The notes below the pieces were generated by a model, which ran no database searches, was not told where the DNA came from, and saw only the letters and a list, made by a program, of their open reading frames with translations. Source: a virus (Duplodnaviria; Heunggongvirae; Uroviricota; Caudoviricetes). From it: a DNA stretch of 10,947 nt. The stretch's first letter is position 1, and every line of letters begins with the position of its first letter. Positions 8,701-10,947 of this stretch are shown here, one piece after another. The DNA lies in IMG/VR virus record IMGVR_UViG_2648501669_000001, one strand, 5' to 3'. The position numbers and the translations under genes were made by a program.

Positions 8701-9388
8701 CTTTAACCGTCGTGTTGTTGTTGCTAACAAAAATGGTTTAGGTTATTCCGATATCTCTGATGTAACTCGTGACCGTGCTCCATTCTTGGTTAACATGGAT
8801 AGTATTAAGGGGTCTGGTGCATATTTCCCTATTATCGCTGGCTATAGTAACTTAGGTGATGTTGGTTATCGTCAGTCCTTCGAGTTTGGTTGGACGGGTA
8901 GCGGTTCGACTCACGGTTGGCGTACTGGTATTATCCGTATGCGTGGCGATAACGCCAACGGGCAGCAAGCACGCTGGGAATTTACTATGGATGGTGACTT
9001 TACCGCAGGTCGTAACGGTAGCTTTAACGATGTTTACATTCGCTCTGACTCCCGTTTGAAGATTAACAAGGAAGAATTACAGGACGGCGCATTAGAGAAA
9101 GTAAACTCCCTGAAAGTCTACACCTACGATAAAGTTAAATCTCTTTCAGATGACACAGTGATTAAACGCGAAGTAGGTATTATTGCTCAGGATCTGGAAG
9201 AAGTGTTGCCGGAAGCAGTAGGTATTCAATCCACCGAAGATCCAGAACAACCGGAAGCAATTAAGACTATTTCTAACTCTGCTGTTAATGCCTTGATTAT
9301 TAAAGCTATTCAGGAAATGGACGCCAAATATCAAGCTAAGATTGAAGCATTGACTAAAGAGATTGCCGAACTCAAAGCAACTAAATAA
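5780..9388 (+). CDS. Tail fibre protein with a repetitive shaft and a C-terminal intramolecular chaperone (peptidase S74-like) domain
   Basis: 1202-aa ORF with GAGGTGA Shine-Dalgarno. The N-terminus has a tail-fibre anchor-like motif (KKPTPEQLSQGELAINL). Tandem T/N/K-rich repeats form the shaft. GLGGNSIVLGDSDTGFKQNGDGVLD and ADESGWHFYTQR resemble the conserved distal region of P2 gpH-type fibres as I recall them. The C-terminus has an SDSRLK (S-D-x-R-x-K) autoprocessing motif followed by a coiled-coil-like tail. Confidence 0.85.
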   Translation: MQSIQFKRTQTAGKKPTPEQLSQGELAINLADHVLYTKDKNNAVVQISVSPEKHAELNTKVDQNKTSTDRVIASNKQEAANNLASVKAELNQTITAKDTATNKRIDATNTTVSNLTQTVTANKTDADTKINNLTGTVSANKTAIERTVAANKSDADSKHAALTKTVTDNNTAINNKVNTTNTNVSNLTKTVTANKTDADNKISSLTSTVAANKTAIEKVVSDNKKDADTKISNLTGTVNSNHTAINNKVDQNKSSTDAAITAANKRIDGIEGSANAAYIKKNTKTYHGAYLYSKTGNYLEDSTARDLNYFGAFRTNGQDGLMDLTLNVPHSSGKAHGRGFTFRYASGGSRVETYGFDAQGQKAFSYKMYHEGDKPTPAEIGAYTKGEIDKMFIKNVTMSVPSGSESRAYFKIATATIPQNGRMVMLRIFGGNGYNVNSYDQVDFLEIVIRSGNNNPKGVSIAAYRRNSLNVHQVFAVNTSGDNYDIYVNYGRYTDNVIVEYGKTSGVSLTVHDTPAMTNVKPSTGVTDGRVITMFNTENKAGTLMFDNNGQGTYDIVSLNNDSGTGKKYLRKFRSKAAETIWHETVQGNVYRLATGTTDSSEVLRITGRTMFTGKGVFDAGQNVLRLERPSNQSNYIEWQDRRNGANARQGWIGFGSAETNNFQWYSDQGKNSFQLEANGQCSITTGATKIVYTNGEYVAANSNAFRMIYGNYGAFWRNDSAKVYLLSTAENDKFGGWNTYRPFIYDLTSGNVQLGGDGNEDALTLERASRAARFSNDVYIKKGFLTFDAGRSGSRDYIRFNHWGDSNNARDNVLYLEDSKGRHFSTERNMATGGLKAYFLGDLEVAGQMRWGKNTGQSSFNIRAWGNDTRKQVLECADESGWHFYTQRAGGPGTTAIEFSVNGKINAPQLSISQDATIPKFNSGFGVGVANGLGGNSIVLGDSDTGFKQNGDGVLDTYANNVNVVRHTSGGITFNRRVVVANKNGLGYSDISDVTRDRAPFLVNMDSIKGSGAYFPIIAGYSNLGDVGYRQSFEFGWTGSGSTHGWRTGIIRMRGDNANGQQARWEFTMDGDFTAGRNGSFNDVYIRSDSRLKINKEELQDGALEKVNSLKVYTYDKVKSLSDDTVIKREVGIIAQDLEEVLPEAVGIQSTEDPEQPEAIKTISNSAVNALIIKAIQEMDAKYQAKIEALTKEIAELKATK
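6101..6530 (+). repeat. Tandem in-frame coding repeat in the fibre shaft (two ~72-aa units built from ~12-aa sub-repeats)
   Basis: Unit A (TNTTVSNLTQTVTANKTDADTKINNLTGTVSANKTAIER...TAINNKV) and unit B (TTNTNVSNLTKTVTANKTDADNKISSLTSTVAANKTAIEK...TAINNKV). The antisense ORF 6052-6627 is a shadow of this repeat. Confidence 0.8.
9044..9388 (+). other. Predicted C-terminal intramolecular chaperone domain of the fibre, released by autoproteolysis at Ser ~1089
   Basis: SDSRLK at 9044-9061 matches the S-D-x-R-x-K Ser/Lys dyad pattern of tail-spike and fibre chaperone domains (endosialidase, T5 pb1) as I recall it. The domain is ~113 aa, a typical size. Confidence 0.55.
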
Positions 9389-9395
9389 TAAAAGT

Positions 9396-9414
9396 CGGGG
9401 GACTAGTTCCCCCG
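9396..9414 (+). terminator. Perfect 7-bp GC hairpin after the fibre gene (terminator or RNA processing/stability element)
   Basis: cggggga / CTAGT loop / tcccccg, 8 nt after the TAATAA stop. It is followed by an A/T-rich tract but no clean T-run. Confidence 0.4.
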
Positions 9415-9444
9415 TAATAACAATTTTAATTAAGGGGTAATTCT

Positions 9445-9915
9445 ATGTCTCAATTTAATGATATTTTTACTGGTGGTCTGGTAAGTCTGTTCTATCACGC
9501 TGATACCACTAACACCGCTCTCGATCACTCCGGTTACGAAGAAATTAAAGAGTGTGCTGGTTTTCCTGAAACTGGTATCGAGCGCGGTACTGTAGAAGTT
9601 AAATCCTTCTCTTCTCAGTATAACCGTAAGCTGGTAGGGAAACTGAACGTTCCTGATCTGACTCTGACCGTTAACTACATCCCAGGCGATGCGGTGCACG
9701 AGAAGCTCATTAAAGCTGCCGAAGACGGTACTCGAATTCAGATTAAGATTGAATACTATGTTGATGCAGCAAAACAGACTGGTATTCGCACCGCTTTCAA
9801 CGGCTTTATTTCTAAAGTTGCTATGAACGGTGGCGATGAAGAAGTTGTAACCAAAGAGTTTACCTTCGCGGTGGACGGAAAGCCGATCAAACAGGAAATC
9901 TTCACTGCCGGATGA
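9445..9915 (+). CDS. Tail tube protein paralog (tube domain only)
   Basis: 156-aa ORF with AAGGGG Shine-Dalgarno. It is homologous to the N-terminal domain of ORF 4866-5699 (MSQFNDIFTG vs DNLDIFTG; GKLNVPDLTLTVNYIPGDAVHEKLIKAAEDGT vs GYRRLEPTTLTLNRVLDDEHQAMLMKAVEDKT). Confidence 0.6.
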   Translation: MSQFNDIFTGGLVSLFYHADTTNTALDHSGYEEIKECAGFPETGIERGTVEVKSFSSQYNRKLVGKLNVPDLTLTVNYIPGDAVHEKLIKAAEDGTRIQIKIEYYVDAAKQTGIRTAFNGFISKVAMNGGDEEVVTKEFTFAVDGKPIKQEIFTAG

Positions 9916-10041
9916 ACTAACGAAGAACTTCCTTTAATAGAACCGGAACCACTACCGGAACATGAAGCGGTGGGGATTCCAGAAGTAGAAGAAGTTACGG
10001 CGAAAGCCACAGCAAAACGAGGCCGCAAGGCTAAGAATTAA
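9916..10041 (+). other. In-frame open extension after the tube-paralog UGA stop (41 codons ending ...VTAKATAKRGRKAKN); candidate readthrough product
   Basis: Same frame as 9445-9915, with no stop until TAA at 10039-10041. The stop context is UGA-A, identical to the capsid case. It contains the 36-bp repeat 9994-10029. The reading frame here is taken from the ORF track. Confidence 0.4.
9994..10029 (+). repeat. 36-bp exact direct repeat, copy 2
   Basis: Identical to 4051-4086. Confidence 0.9.
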
Positions 10042-10045
10042 TTTT

Positions 10046-10075
10046 AAGCCCTGCCTTAATGGTGGGGCTTTTTTA
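10046..10075 (+). terminator. Rho-independent terminator downstream of the tube paralog and its extension
   Basis: Hairpin aagccctgcc / ttaat / ggtggggctt followed by TTTTTT. It is homologous in position and sequence to the terminator at 4104-4130. Confidence 0.55.
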
Positions 10076-10089
10076 TTGGAGTAATCAAA

Positions 10090-10596
10090 ATGGCAAATGT
10101 CGTTAATAAGCCCGGCTGGGTCGGATCATCTGCTGTATCGGTGACGGGTAAGCGATGGATGAAAGAAGCATTAACAGCTTTAAAAGTTCCGGCTCCGCGT
10201 AATATGTCGGCAATGGCTGGTCGTGGTATGGATACGGTTGTAGCTACTGCATCGTGGTCTACTTCATTGGGTAATAACTGGGGTGTAACTGCTTCAAACT
10301 ATCCTGTTTCCGGTATGCAAAGCAAAGGATCTATGGAGAACCCCGAAAACGTGGGCGTAGGCCGTCTAATTGGCGTTATCGTTGGTCAATTCAATGGCGG
10401 TACTCCTACTATGGCTGTATATCTCCAGAACGGTAGAGCGGGGAATATAACCGTTAATTTGGGTGGTGCTGCTGTCACTGTTCCTTATAACAGTATGCAA
10501 AGTGGTTTTCATTACTACTGGTTAAGCAATCCTCCGGCAGCTTTCCTCAATAACATTAAGAAGACTGGCACTAAGCAGACTTTGAAAATCTCTTAA
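10090..10596 (+). CDS. Hypothetical protein (168 aa), G/S/T/N/W/Y-rich, possibly a structural or receptor-binding accessory
   Basis: ORF with GGAG Shine-Dalgarno and a TAA stop 14 bp before the IS1 terminus. No family was recognised. Confidence 0.55.
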   Translation: MANVVNKPGWVGSSAVSVTGKRWMKEALTALKVPAPRNMSAMAGRGMDTVVATASWSTSLGNNWGVTASNYPVSGMQSKGSMENPENVGVGRLIGVIVGQFNGGTPTMAVYLQNGRAGNITVNLGGAAVTVPYNSMQSGFHYYWLSNPPAAFLNNIKKTGTKQTLKIS

Positions 10597-10610
10597 ATTC
10601 TAAATAAACA

Positions 10611-10850
10611 GGTGATGCTGCCAACTTACTGATTTAGTGTATGATGGTGTTTTTGAGGTGCTCCAGTGGCTTCTGTTTCTATCAGCTGTCCCTCCTGTTC
10701 AGCTACTGACGGGGTGGTGCGTAACGGCAAAAGCACCGCCGGACATCAGCGCTATCTCTGCTCTCACTGCCGTAAAACATGGCAACTGCAGTTCACTTAC
10801 ACCGCTTCTCAACCCGGTACGCACCAGAAAATCATTGATATGGCCATGAC
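10611..10850 (+). mobile_element. Truncated IS1 copy (terminal inverted repeat through the 5' part of insA)
   Basis: Matches the canonical IS1 sequence from base 1 (GGTGATGCTGCCAACTTACTGAT) for ~239 bp as recalled. Mismatches begin at ~10850 and similarity is lost by ~10865. Confidence 0.9.
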
Positions 10851-10884
10851 TGGAGTTGGAAGCCTGCATCTTATACACATCTGA
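10666..10884 (+). pseudogene. insA: Truncated/hybrid insA: first ~61 aa identical to IS1 InsA, then an unrelated 11-aa tail
   Basis: [61 protein letters not shown] matches the InsA N-terminus including the CPSC...CSHC zinc-finger. The C-terminal [11 protein letters not shown] diverges from the InsA helix-turn-helix region. Confidence 0.7.
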
Positions 10885-10947
10885 CGCTCACGACGATCGA
10901 TCTAGAACAAACAACACAGACTCACACCCGCAATCAACAGAAATACA

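Noticed and set aside
9430-10028. Minus-strand ORFs 9430-9699 and 9756-10028
   Set aside because: They are antisense to the tube paralog and its extension. The second is a Ser/Gly-rich shadow beginning with a non-ATG codon.
3967-10041. Alternative genetic code (UGA as a sense codon) as the explanation for the post-UGA open frames
   Set aside because: The other six genes terminate cleanly at TAA, the first extension itself ends in TGA, and IS1 plus Shine-Dalgarno usage indicate an enterobacterial host using the standard code. Leaky readthrough at two specific UGA-A sites is more parsimonious.
21-10749. The 139-bp terminal inverted repeats as boundaries of a site-specific invertible segment (Mu G or P1 C type) or a diversity-generating retroelement
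   Set aside because: The repeats are IS1 ends, not recombinase crossover sites. No invertase or reverse transcriptase gene, and no template/variable repeat pair, is present.
10637-10849. 70-aa ORF within the right IS1 fragment
   Set aside because: It is an alternative frame overlapping the recognised insA frame. It is not a known IS1 product.
1-10947. CRISPR arrays, tRNA or rRNA genes
   Set aside because: No regularly spaced short direct repeats and no tRNA-like cloverleaf candidates were seen. The only tandem repeats are in-frame coding repeats in the fibre.

Overview
The window is a compact lambda/HK97-like siphovirus structural gene cluster, all on the + strand, bracketed by two truncated IS1 copies. 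Genes in order: portal; a prohead protease-scaffold-major capsid fusion; a head-tail connector; a gpU-like tail terminator; a major tail tube protein; a 1202-aa tail fibre with a C-terminal autoproteolytic chaperone domain; a second, shorter tail-tube paralog; and one orphan ORF. The IS1 outer termini face the phage DNA, giving a 139-bp perfect inverted repeat (21-159 vs 10611-10749). No terminase, tape measure, tail assembly chaperone, integrase or lysis gene is present. The most notable signal is that both the capsid gene and the tube paralog end in UGA followed in frame by an open 41-42-codon extension encoding an acidic/Pro linker and a conserved basic tail (VTAKATAKRGRK), then an intrinsic terminator. 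This duplicated module suggests programmed stop-codon readthrough onto both the head and the tail. All product calls rest on recalled family resemblance, gene order and sequence features read by eye; no database search was run. Caveat: around 9901-9960 my base-by-base reading of the printed sequence is offset by one base relative to the supplied ORF track; coordinates follow the ORF track.
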